Source: an uncultured virus (IMG/VR IMGVR_UViG_3300018049_000008) (Duplodnaviria; Heunggongvirae; Uroviricota; Caudoviricetes). Taken from it: a stretch of 54,894 nt of DNA. Made by a program: the position numbers and the translations under genes. Positions within the stretch are counted from its first letter, which is position 1; the number at the start of each line of letters is the position of its first letter. Of this stretch, positions 44,671 to 53,844 are shown one piece after another. Location of the stretch: IMG/VR virus record IMGVR_UViG_3300018049_000008; one strand, 5' to 3'. The notes under the pieces are model-generated. The model saw nothing but the letters and a program-made list of their open reading frames with translations. It did no database searches and was not told where the DNA came from.

Positions 44671-46070
44671 TTCCATGAGTCAAATACATTCCTATCAAAT
44701 TTTTCTGCTTTCAATCTTTCACCGAATGCACTGCTATCCATGATTGGTTTATCATCGATATCAGGTCCAACGTTTTCCTGTGCATTCTGTTCTACATCAT
44801 ATATCTTCATTCGAGCTCGATCTACACCAACTACGAATCTTCGGTAGAGGCCAGGATCGTTATATCGGTTTTTGAGTTGTTTGATGAGGAGCTGGCCGAG
44901 GCTTTCAAGTTCTTCTGAAGATATGGCGGCAAACATAAAGTCCGCAGTAGCGGGCAATCCAAATGATTCACTCGTGTCTTCAAGCCCCACATCCGACGAC
45001 GTGAAGCCTGTACGATTTGTCTGCGTTGCGGTAAAGATCGGGAGATTGTATTCAACTGCAAGTCCTCTTAGTTCTTCTGCTATGGCTTTCACCAATGTAT
45101 AACTATTAACATTCGCGCCACCACGAATACGTGATGATGTGCATAAATTTAGATAATCGATATAGATAATGTCCGGTATAAACTTCTTTTTCATTTTCAG
45201 TTCATTCAGGAGATGTCTAAAATGACCAGACCCAACAGATGCCGTAGGATACTCCTTCACGATCAATTTACCAGACGTCTTGTTCCGTATTCGTTGTATT
45301 TTGGTCTGATAGGTTTCGCGTGGGTATGTCTCCAAATCGTTCAATGGTATGGACATTAGATTTGCATCGATACGTTCTGAGATACGTTCTTCGGCCATTT
45401 CTAATGTAATATACAATACATTCTTACCAGCCATAAGATTAGCTGCAGCGAAGTGACACATCATCAACGTCTTACCAACACCAGTACCAGCCAAGATAAC
45501 ATTAAGTGTTTTACGAGGAACACCACCTCGAGTGATCTTATTCAGATATTCGATGTCAAATGGCACACGCTCTACAACTTTATGATAGAAGTCATATCGA
45601 GCCTCATAGTCTTCAAGAAAATCGTGGCCAATATGTTGATCAAAGGATACCGAAAGCGCATCAGATAGGATCTGAGGCAGCGCACCTTTATCTTTATCTT
45701 TGACTTTACCATCGATAACCTGAATAGATTCCATGATGGCATTATAGATTGCTTTGTCTTGACAATACTTTTCGGTTTGTTTCACCAACCAATCATAGTC
45801 AGTGTCTTGTTTTTGCAATCGACCAATTAGTTGTACAGCTTCGGCATATGAATCTTGATTGAGTTGCAAATCGTCCAATTCAATCTTTAGTGCTGCTTGT
45901 GTAGGTGCGACATTGTATTTTGTAAAATGTTCTTCGATTAAACCAAAGATGATACGATACTCATGATTAACAAAGTATTCTGGTTTAATATATGGCAACG
46001 TCGTACGAATATAATCTTCGTTATGAACGAGACTTGAGAAGATAAGATCTTCTATTGAAATATCAGTCAT
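44667..46070 (-). CDS. gp41: Replicative helicase gp41 (DnaB family)
   Basis: AGTGVGKT, TLEMAEE, KEYPT, DYLN, ATQT.R, SESFGLPATAD. Confidence 0.97.
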   Translation of the reverse strand: MTDISIEDLIFSSLVHNEDYIRTTLPYIKPEYFVNHEYRIIFGLIEEHFTKYNVAPTQAALKIELDDLQLNQDSYAEAVQLIGRLQKQDTDYDWLVKQTEKYCQDKAIYNAIMESIQVIDGKVKDKDKGALPQILSDALSVSFDQHIGHDFLEDYEARYDFYHKVVERVPFDIEYLNKITRGGVPRKTLNVILAGTGVGKTLMMCHFAAANLMAGKNVLYITLEMAEERISERIDANLMSIPLNDLETYPRETYQTKIQRIRNKTSGKLIVKEYPTASVGSGHFRHLLNELKMKKKFIPDIIYIDYLNLCTSSRIRGGANVNSYTLVKAIAEELRGLAVEYNLPIFTATQTNRTGFTSSDVGLEDTSESFGLPATADFMFAAISSEELESLGQLLIKQLKNRYNDPGLYRRFVVGVDRARMKIYDVEQNAQENVGPDIDDKPIMDSSAFGERLKAEKFDRNVFDSWK

Positions 46071-46153
46071 ACATCATCCTCACCTTTAATATACCACCAT
46101 ATTACTCCAAGAATAATAAAAAGTACATACAATAAAAATGTTGTTATTCCCAT
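46067..46153 (-). CDS. Possible 28-aa single-TM microprotein
   Basis: MGITTFLLYVLFIILGVIWWYIKGEDDV; ATGA overlap with gp41 start. Confidence 0.45.
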   Translation of the reverse strand: MGITTFLLYVLFIILGVIWWYIKGEDDV

Positions 46154-46632
46154 AAAAAATGAATTACGATTCGTTCGTTAGTATCAGTATTTGATGTTGA
46201 TCTATGTCTCATATCACCATCAAAAAGTAAAAATCTGTTTCTCTTCGATTCTATAGATACACCATCAAAGTCTGTTGTCCCATTACATGTTGTTAGATAA
46301 AATATACCAACCTTATGCTTGTTTAGTGAATCAGTATGAAAATCACCAAGCATTTTTTCTACAGTTCTTTCTGCCCACATTACTCTTGCTTGACTAGGAT
46401 GACCGAAGACTTCAAAAAAACCATTGAATACTGATAATAAATCTTTAGAATAATCATTTTCAAATTCATTTTCCATTTTCAAATAGCTATTCCATGCGGC
46501 AATGTTGCAATCACCATCGCGAGCCCAACCACCTTTTCCATTGCTCAGCCATGTTAGGTTGTTCATTACAATATGAGTAATATATTCTATTTCATTAGGT
46601 CTTAGAAAATTATCTAGAACTTCAAACTTCAT
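46144..46632 (-). CDS. Putative 2OG-Fe(II) oxygenase
   Basis: V.DNFL, FHTD, IFYL...NG.T, NR...FDG...H.S......RIVI. Confidence 0.75.
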   Translation of the reverse strand: MKFEVLDNFLRPNEIEYITHIVMNNLTWLSNGKGGWARDGDCNIAAWNSYLKMENEFENDYSKDLLSVFNGFFEVFGHPSQARVMWAERTVEKMLGDFHTDSLNKHKVGIFYLTTCNGTTDFDGVSIESKRNRFLLFDGDMRHRSTSNTDTNERIVIHFLWE

Positions 46633-47683
46633 TAGTCAAGAAATCCTCTATTTCTTCGTCTTTAATAATAGATGAATGAGCTACCGAGTACTTATTCTTT
46701 ACATAATCTGCAAAACCAGAAGTTGTAAGTATAGGCATCCAGAAATCAGCTGTATCTGTATCTTTGGCTCTTACCTTTGTACCAACCAATTCACCTGTTG
46801 ATGTATCGACGCGCTGATACCAACCATTCGATGGCTTCACTACAAAACCACCATCCATAGCAATGTCGAGAAGCCCGCTCCACTTAGAAAGGCCGCCGTC
46901 ATGAGTAACAGTAACAGGGATTTTCGCCTTCTCACGTACATGTCTTGATTTTTCCACATTAATGATGAAATTATATCCAACAACATCTTTACCTTCTTTT
47001 TCTTGTTGACGGCCGATGATGTAGATATTGTCAGCTGAGTAGTATGAACCAGTGCCGCCTCCAACAATATCTTTAGGGAACAAAGACATTTCTTTATAGG
47101 TATGATTGACTACTACCATAGGGATATCTTTGAGGGTGAGATGAGGAGTCACCATACGAAACAGCGACTTAATTTGCTTAGCTCGCGACATGTCTGCCAC
47201 TGCTTTCTCGTTAAGTGCATCTTCGACTTCTTTCTTTGAAGCCAAGTTACCGATGGAGTCGACAATGACGATCAGCTTATCGCCACGATCGACCTGATCG
47301 AGTTGTTTCATGATATCAAACTTTAATTGTTCAACATCAGTAATAGGGGTATGGAGTACACGATCGCCATCGATTCCGAAAGAATCAAAGTATGATTGTG
47401 GAGTACCAAATTCTGAATCGTAGAATAAAAGTGCTGCATCTTCATATTTGTCCATATATGCTTTAGCCATGAGTAGACTAAACGCAGTCTTAAAGTGTTT
47501 AGAAGGACCAGCCCACATCGTAAGGCCAGGAGTGAGACCACCATCCAATCTACCACTCAATGCTACATTGATAACTGGGATGGCGGTAGGGATCATGTCT
47601 TTTTGTGTGAAGAACTTGGATTCAGTCAGAATTGACGTATCTTTGATTGTTGAGTTCTTCTTTAGTTTAGCGAGTACGCTCAT
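46622..47683 (-). CDS. uvsX: RecA-like recombinase UvsX
   Basis: AGPSKHFKT, YDSEFG, DSIGNLAS.KE, GGTG.YYSAD. Confidence 0.97.
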   Translation of the reverse strand: MSVLAKLKKNSTIKDTSILTESKFFTQKDMIPTAIPVINVALSGRLDGGLTPGLTMWAGPSKHFKTAFSLLMAKAYMDKYEDAALLFYDSEFGTPQSYFDSFGIDGDRVLHTPITDVEQLKFDIMKQLDQVDRGDKLIVIVDSIGNLASKKEVEDALNEKAVADMSRAKQIKSLFRMVTPHLTLKDIPMVVVNHTYKEMSLFPKDIVGGGTGSYYSADNIYIIGRQQEKEGKDVVGYNFIINVEKSRHVREKAKIPVTVTHDGGLSKWSGLLDIAMDGGFVVKPSNGWYQRVDTSTGELVGTKVRAKDTDTADFWMPILTTSGFADYVKNKYSVAHSSIIKDEEIEDFLTNEV

Positions 47684-47718
47684 GTATAGTATTCTCCACG
47701 CAGGTTGATATTTAATAT

Positions 47719-47747
47719 ATTCTACACTAAAACGTTGGAAAAGTAAA
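47719..47747 (-). promoter_or_regulatory. Promoter TTTACT-N17-TAGAAT (uvsX)
   Basis: Motif family member. Confidence 0.7.
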
Positions 47748-47749
47748 TG

Positions 47750-48067
47750 CTATGGGAGCCATTGATTATCGAGATCAATAAGACCTGTCTTATACCACCT
47801 CTCTTCAATTTCTGTCAATGGCTCACGCTGGTATTCGTATGCTTCTATTTCATATGGATGTTTGCGATATCCATATCGAAAGAATTTAAGAATGTATGAA
47901 GAATAGAATCCCCACACACCCATACTTTGTATCTGATAACAATGTTCTAATTCGTGTTTGAAGATACGACGACCAGGTTGTCGCATGTTAAAAATAACGT
48001 ATGGATATATTACCATACCTCCGGCCCAAAATAACCATTTTTGATTTTTAAGTACTTTAAATTTCAT
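47750..48067 (-). CDS. Small HExxH zincin-like protein
   Basis: HELEH..Q...Y...PYEIEAY. Confidence 0.65.
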   Translation of the reverse strand: MKFKVLKNQKWLFWAGGMVIYPYVIFNMRQPGRRIFKHELEHCYQIQSMGVWGFYSSYILKFFRYGYRKHPYEIEAYEYQREPLTEIEERWYKTGLIDLDNQWLP

Positions 48068-49038
48068 GATCGTACAATTTTTCCATGTGCGGTTGGTTTG
48101 TTATTTTCGCCTTCCTTTACTTTATCTGCGATCGATCCATACATCATTCTCATATTTTCTTTACATCCATGTATTGACTCATATGTCCATGATGGTTTAG
48201 CTCGTTCTTTTTCAAGATAGATTTTTTCATCTAAACCTTGAGCTGTTAATCTTATCATGTTATTTACAATATATGGTTGAACACCGTATGGATCACATAT
48301 AATTTGCCACCAACCACCTTCGGCAATTTCTAAATTATGATTTTCGTTTCTATAGATAACATGTTCAGGATCAAACATATCAGCTCTATGTATAATTACA
48401 AAATCATGCATATCTGATGATAATCTAAATTTTAAATCAGGTGTGCCACTTAAAAATCCATAAACACTATCATTATTATATGTGTGAAATCCTATAGGAG
48501 TTTTTGTATCGAAACAAGTCTTAAGATAAAATGGCATCATATATTTAAGATTACGATTTACAACGATATCATAGCGTACCCTAACTATAACATCATATTT
48601 TGATTTATCGATAAGATCTCTAACTGCATATGCATGAATTAAGTGCTGTTTAGTTTGGTTTTTTTGAACAACACGATTATTCAGTCCACCTCTCATTTCT
48701 TCTATAACAACATCATCTGGTCTATTTCTAATTACCCCCGGCGGTAAAGTTCCCTTGACATCGAAATCATTTTCTTTTAGAATTCTCCAAACACGTGCGT
48801 ATTTTGTCCATACCGCCTTGTTTGGAAAGTACGATATTTTCGGTTGCTTATAATATCTATTAATAAATGGATAATATTCACGTGTACTTTCTTTTTGCCA
48901 TTTTTTACTTTTCTTTGGAAAATCCCAAGTCACAAAGAAAAAATCAGTTGTGTCAGGATCGAAACACCTTTTAAAATTTTTAATGGCCGTTTCATAGTCA
49001 CCTCGGACTAGTCCCGAGAATATTACAGCTGTTTTCAT
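48064..49038 (-). CDS. Putative glycosyltransferase-like protein (paralog A)
   Basis: AVIFSG.VR, TWD, YDVIVRVRYD, DFVIIH, EGGW. Confidence 0.55.
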   Translation of the reverse strand: MKTAVIFSGLVRGDYETAIKNFKRCFDPDTTDFFFVTWDFPKKSKKWQKESTREYYPFINRYYKQPKISYFPNKAVWTKYARVWRILKENDFDVKGTLPPGVIRNRPDDVVIEEMRGGLNNRVVQKNQTKQHLIHAYAVRDLIDKSKYDVIVRVRYDIVVNRNLKYMMPFYLKTCFDTKTPIGFHTYNNDSVYGFLSGTPDLKFRLSSDMHDFVIIHRADMFDPEHVIYRNENHNLEIAEGGWWQIICDPYGVQPYIVNNMIRLTAQGLDEKIYLEKERAKPSWTYESIHGCKENMRMMYGSIADKVKEGENNKPTAHGKIVRS

Positions 49039-49039
49039 A

Positions 49040-49963
49040 TTATCTGTCGTCTACGATTCCATGTTTAGTACAAAATTTTGTATAATTATTGTTGTGAACA
49101 TTGATTAATTGTTCAATATATTCAGGTTCGTGATGAAGATCTATACTATTAAAAACACTATAATGATATTGATTACCTGTTGGTTGAGCCAACAATGGAC
49201 CCCAACCGCCTTCACCGCCTGACTGAGTTTTTGCTGCTATTCTTTCATTTACAAAATCAACTCTTAAATAATTATTTGGATGAATAATAATAAGATCACC
49301 TAAACCCCATGCATAGCTTTTGTGATCAGAATAATCTATTTTAATGAGAGCTACTTTATCTGCTGGTGGATGAATTTCAGGATTGTAATCAACCTGTGTG
49401 GCAATTCGAATCCAGTTTGGAACATCAAAATAATATCCTAATCCGCAATGGGCGTGTTCATTATAACATTTTGTTACAAGATCATGAAACGACATAGTTT
49501 CAGTTGACATCGGATCTATATGAATGGCATTATATTTTGATTCGTCTGCGATTAAATCATATCGTACTCGAATAACCATATCATAATCTTGTCCAAGAGC
49601 AAATTCATTATATGCGGCAATATGAGCTAAAACTTGTTTAAATCTATTCCTACCTCTGACTCGACCACCGGTAAGTAAAAAATGGAGTGCACCTCTTTTT
49701 TCTTCAAACTCACTTATTTTAGATGGATATGTTCCTCCAAATTCACGTAGAGATGTTAAACATTCCTCAATAATATGCTTTTCACAATTATATCCTACTT
49801 TTGGTTGTGGATATGTGGCATGCATCCACGGCGCATTTGCCATAGGATCGTCATCCCACGTGGTATATTTTATATCGTATCCATTAAACATTGCACTAAT
49901 GTTATCTAATTTTGCCTGAGAGACACACCTAGTTTCACCTGAAAATAAAACTAAGACTTTCAT
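49040..49963 (-). CDS. Putative glycosyltransferase-like protein (paralog B)
   Basis: LVLFSG.TR, TWD, YDMVIRVRYD, DLIIIH, EGGW. Confidence 0.55.
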   Translation of the reverse strand: MKVLVLFSGETRCVSQAKLDNISAMFNGYDIKYTTWDDDPMANAPWMHATYPQPKVGYNCEKHIIEECLTSLREFGGTYPSKISEFEEKRGALHFLLTGGRVRGRNRFKQVLAHIAAYNEFALGQDYDMVIRVRYDLIADESKYNAIHIDPMSTETMSFHDLVTKCYNEHAHCGLGYYFDVPNWIRIATQVDYNPEIHPPADKVALIKIDYSDHKSYAWGLGDLIIIHPNNYLRVDFVNERIAAKTQSGGEGGWGPLLAQPTGNQYHYSVFNSIDLHHEPEYIEQLINVHNNNYTKFCTKHGIVDDR

Positions 49964-51315
49964 TTTTGCTCCTTGTGTTCTAAGTAATATTCGAGATCTT
50001 CAGGAGTACCAAGACCCCACATCTTTTGTGTTGTTGTCACACCGATTTTCTTTGCATCAGCGATAGCTTGATTAAAAACTGGACAAATATAAAATTCTCC
50101 GTTTACTCGTTCATCTTCGTCAATCATTTCGAGAGTGTATTTAACGAAGTCAGATCCTTTTTTCCAATAATAGAAACCAACAGTTGCACAGTCACTGATC
50201 GGATCTTTTTCTGCAACAGCTGTCACAAGATTAGATCTCAGATCAACCGAAGCATATGACCATTTAGGATGGCGCGATTTAAAACAAACCATACCTCCAT
50301 CTAACTGACGTTCTTGCATCGAATACATAAACTCAATCGGATCCCATTCTACATATTGATCGCTGTTTGCAATGAAGAGAGGTTCGTCGTTATCAATATA
50401 TTCTTTCGCAAGTAAAGCTGTACAGGCGGCTCCTTCAGTAATACCATCCACTTCAACAATCTTACAGCCCGGTGCAATTAGACCAAGCATCGTATCGAGA
50501 TTATATAGATCGCGATGCTCGCGCTGTACGACAAAAATGTAATTAGCTTCGATACCAATGTTATCGACAACAAGCTCGATCATTGGTTGACCATTGACAT
50601 CAATTAGAGGCTTTGGAAATGTGTAGCCGGCTTCTGCGAATCTAGATCCAGCACCGGCCATAGGTATCAATACATTCATATTTTTATTTTTCCATTTATA
50701 TACTATCGGTTCACCAGTAATTTGAGGTAATATATTACTTATATTTACTTCAATTGGAGAAGTCACTCGAATGTATTTAGCGCGTGATCTCTCTGCTGCT
50801 AATATCCCGGGTGGCGAATCCTCCACAATGATTGTCTCTTCGGGCAGCACACCCATAATTGACATGGCTTTCCAATACATTTCAGGATGAGGCTTACTAT
50901 TTTTTACATCTTCATTTGATATAATAACCGAACAAAACTCAATGAGTTGTGATTTAGCGAGAGCTGTTAATACGGTTTGACGAATACTATTTGAGCATAC
51001 TCCAATTTTATAATCATCGTCTATCAGCTGCCGAAATAATTTAACAATAGCGTTACTTGGTTTTAATTTACATATCTCACGCTGTGTGATAGCTTGTTTT
51101 CTATTATAGATTTCATCATGCAGTTCAAGTGGCAAACCTTTTGCTTCAGATAGCATCTGAAGTTTTTTACGTGTTTTATGACCATCATATATATTGAGGT
51201 GCTCATCATGCGAGATATTGTAGTACTTACCAAGCGCTTGATTCAAGGCTCGATAATGAATATCTTTCGCATCGATGAGCACGCCATCTAAATCAAATAA
51301 TATAAGTTTGATCAT
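49960..51315 (-). CDS. HAD phosphatase fused to sugar nucleotidyltransferase
   Basis: N-terminal FDLDGVL, KPHP, EDS..G; C-terminal PMAG.GSRF...GY..PKPLI, NSDQ, AEK.PIS, LGTPEDL. Confidence 0.9.
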   Translation of the reverse strand: MIKLILFDLDGVLIDAKDIHYRALNQALGKYYNISHDEHLNIYDGHKTRKKLQMLSEAKGLPLELHDEIYNRKQAITQREICKLKPSNAIVKLFRQLIDDDYKIGVCSNSIRQTVLTALAKSQLIEFCSVIISNEDVKNSKPHPEMYWKAMSIMGVLPEETIIVEDSPPGILAAERSRAKYIRVTSPIEVNISNILPQITGEPIVYKWKNKNMNVLIPMAGAGSRFAEAGYTFPKPLIDVNGQPMIELVVDNIGIEANYIFVVQREHRDLYNLDTMLGLIAPGCKIVEVDGITEGAACTALLAKEYIDNDEPLFIANSDQYVEWDPIEFMYSMQERQLDGGMVCFKSRHPKWSYASVDLRSNLVTAVAEKDPISDCATVGFYYWKKGSDFVKYTLEMIDEDERVNGEFYICPVFNQAIADAKKIGVTTTQKMWGLGTPEDLEYYLEHKEQK

Positions 51316-51794
51316 AGATAATTAACACCATAGTCTGTGCACACACCGTTAAAGCAAATCAAATCTTTATGTGACATTCCAGTCACTTCAGGCATGACTG
51401 CAATTGATTTAAATGGACCGTTATCAGGTACTTTTTTGCCAGGATATGCCCATATCCATCCTTTCGATGTGAGTGTATAAGCATCTTCTTCGTGCCAAAA
51501 ATAATTAAAGTCTTTACCATATGGATGATTTTGAAACATTGCTAGTGCTTCAATATTTTTACAATGAATCCAAAGTATGTTGCTTCTCATTCGTAACCAA
51601 TCACTGTCAACTTGATGTTGTGGATAATCGTGTCCTAAAAATAACGAAGGACCAGTAGCCTTATCATATACTCTCCATAAATCAATTTCACTATGAAATC
51701 CATATTGATGATATATTCTATCAATATGCGATGGTAAATTTTCTGTTTCTGAATTAGGACCGGTAGTATTTCCTCTATGGGCAATAATTACCAT
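51312..51794 (-). CDS. Short glycerophosphodiester phosphodiesterase-like protein
   Basis: IAHRGN, EN, EID, LGHD, W.HCKN, GVCTD. Confidence 0.8.
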   Translation of the reverse strand: MVIIAHRGNTTGPNSETENLPSHIDRIYHQYGFHSEIDLWRVYDKATGPSLFLGHDYPQHQVDSDWLRMRSNILWIHCKNIEALAMFQNHPYGKDFNYFWHEEDAYTLTSKGWIWAYPGKKVPDNGPFKSIAVMPEVTGMSHKDLICFNGVCTDYGVNYL

Positions 51795-52690
51795 GTTGGA
51801 TCCCGTCGTAAAGGTTCTATATCCAATTTATGATGGTCATAAATTTGCATCAATTCTTCTGGTGTATTGGGTGCACTATCTAATAAAGCGAGCTCACCAA
51901 ATTTTTGGAAACTTAAAGCAAAATTCATATCATTTTTTTCGAGTTCTAAGACACAATTTAAACAATGAATTTCAACTTTAATAAATTCTTTTAGTTCGCC
52001 TGTCAGTTCTTGATCAAACAATTCGGGATAATGATAAAGTAAAGGTTTTAAACCATATTGTTCATGAAGTCTTTCTACTGTTTCTTTATCCATATACTTC
52101 ATATATTTTGAGTCATCGTCCGACATAAGCGGATTACTTACCCATAAATCTAAAAACTTTTTAAAAGGTTTTGGACCGCCAATCCACATATAATCATAAT
52201 CCGCACCATGAAAAGGTCCTCCGCCACCATAGCTATGATAAATGGTAAAATTATTATGTTTATGATCGTGTAAATGAACTGGACCAGTAATATGTACATC
52301 AGGTCTTACATATACAATTGTATCAAAGGCCTCGAAGTCAATCTCTTCATTTAAAATTTTGAGCCTTTGATATGGCATCTGATGTGTTGCTATATATCTT
52401 TGAGGAAAGTTTTTATAACTACATACATTAATAGATTTCATATTATAAATTGAATTAAGTGTAGCGCCTTCGTAAAAATCTTTTATCTTTTCAAAGTCGT
52501 GTTCGGAGTTTTGTTTCTGTGGATTTATGCTACCAGTAACAACATCATTTTCTAAACAAAATCTTGTTTCAAAATCAAATGCATGATTATAACGAATTAT
52601 GTTTTCGGTGATATTTCGAAAACCTTTTTGATAATCAGATTTTTCACTTTTTACTGCAAGTCCAGATATAATTAACAAAGCTTTTGGCAT
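51788..52690 (-). CDS. Putative glycosyltransferase-like protein (divergent paralog C)
   Basis: ALLIISG, FDTIVYVRPD, DY.WIG. Confidence 0.45.
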   Translation of the reverse strand: MPKALLIISGLAVKSEKSDYQKGFRNITENIIRYNHAFDFETRFCLENDVVTGSINPQKQNSEHDFEKIKDFYEGATLNSIYNMKSINVCSYKNFPQRYIATHQMPYQRLKILNEEIDFEAFDTIVYVRPDVHITGPVHLHDHKHNNFTIYHSYGGGGPFHGADYDYMWIGGPKPFKKFLDLWVSNPLMSDDDSKYMKYMDKETVERLHEQYGLKPLLYHYPELFDQELTGELKEFIKVEIHCLNCVLELEKNDMNFALSFQKFGELALLDSAPNTPEELMQIYDHHKLDIEPLRRDPTW

Positions 52691-53535
52691 TATCCATCCC
52701 TATTGTGTCCGTCACGGTTTACTTTTCGCATGACCTCATCACCTGTCATATATTTAACTTCTTTCTGAGGTCGTAAAATATTTATACCAGTGTTGCCAGC
52801 TAATATGAGGCAGACAGCCATTGGATCAAATACGGAAATAAGTAAAATAATAATCCAACGTACAGCGACATCAAAATAATCTCGTGCTCTATCCTCACCG
52901 TAAATTAACTCCGCAATATATTTGAGTGGACCAATTTCTGCTTCAAGTTCAAGAGTTTGTTTCTGCAGGGGCAGAAGTTGTTCTTGGAATCCTGCAATCT
53001 GATCATACGCCAATCCGATTGTTCTGTTGAGTTCTGTCCTTTCCTCTGCTTGCGCCTTCCGAACCGCAATTGCTCCATCAGGTCCTCTAATTCGGTCATA
53101 GTCTTGCAGTATTTCAACCGCAGAGTCGAGTTGCGCCAAGACCGTTTCGGAGTCATCGATGATCGATTGCTGTCTTTCAATCTTTCTCTCGAGGCCACTG
53201 ATAAGTAATTCATTATTTCCACCTTGATTTATTGTCTGCTCTAAGTGAGCCTTCGATAGATATCCAAAGATACCCATTGAAGTGATGAACACGAGCACCA
53301 CTACCGCAGTGACCATGTAAAATCGCATGAGGTATGGTGCAATTGACCAGCATCGATATATCCATGCTGCTGCTACGAGTTTTGAGAGTTCTAAAGCGGA
53401 TGCCATGACAATCACTGACCAGAATGCACCGGCAAAGATTGTGGCAAGTCCTATCACTGAAAAATAGCCAGCAACTGCTGACAACATTACTCCCATCAAA
53501 AGAGCCATTATGCTCAAAGGATAGGAAGGTTGCAT
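52690..53535 (-). CDS. Membrane protein with coiled coil (conserved in T4-like phages)
   Basis: S..A.Y.SV.GL..IF.GA...M...LE..KLV...ITSMGIFGYLSKAH...E.GPLKYIAE...VFDP.AV. Confidence 0.8.
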   Translation of the reverse strand: MQPSYPLSIMALLMGVMLSAVAGYFSVIGLATIFAGAFWSVIVMASALELSKLVAAAWIYRCWSIAPYLMRFYMVTAVVVLVFITSMGIFGYLSKAHLEQTINQGGNNELLISGLERKIERQQSIIDDSETVLAQLDSAVEILQDYDRIRGPDGAIAVRKAQAEERTELNRTIGLAYDQIAGFQEQLLPLQKQTLELEAEIGPLKYIAELIYGEDRARDYFDVAVRWIIILLISVFDPMAVCLILAGNTGINILRPQKEVKYMTGDEVMRKVNRDGHNRDG

Positions 53536-53844
53536 TTAATCCTCCAGAATTTGGTTGAGCCTGAGTTTGAAAGCGTTAATCTTATTTACTCTATCTTCAC
53601 CTGGCCACAAAATATATTCTTTCTCAGGAGATTGTGATAAGTTGTCGAGCAGAGGTATGACTGAAGCGTAAATGGTCTGAGCCTTTACTCTCCATTGTTC
53701 AGCCATTGCTTCCCACTCCTCTGCTGTGGATGCGATGGTAGTACTTTCAGTCTTAAGTTGTTGTACGACGTCTAATTCGTCAGCATCTACTAAACTAAAA
53801 CCAAAATCAAAATTTTGTAGGTCTACAGCTGGTTTATCTGTCAT
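53536..53844 (-). CDS. Conserved hypothetical protein
   Basis: FDFGFS.VD.DEL...PLL.NL...PEKEYI.WP; start at 53844 (ATGA overlap). Confidence 0.75.
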   Translation of the reverse strand: MTDKPAVDLQNFDFGFSLVDADELDVVQQLKTESTTIASTAEEWEAMAEQWRVKAQTIYASVIPLLDNLSQSPEKEYILWPGEDRVNKINAFKLRLNQILED

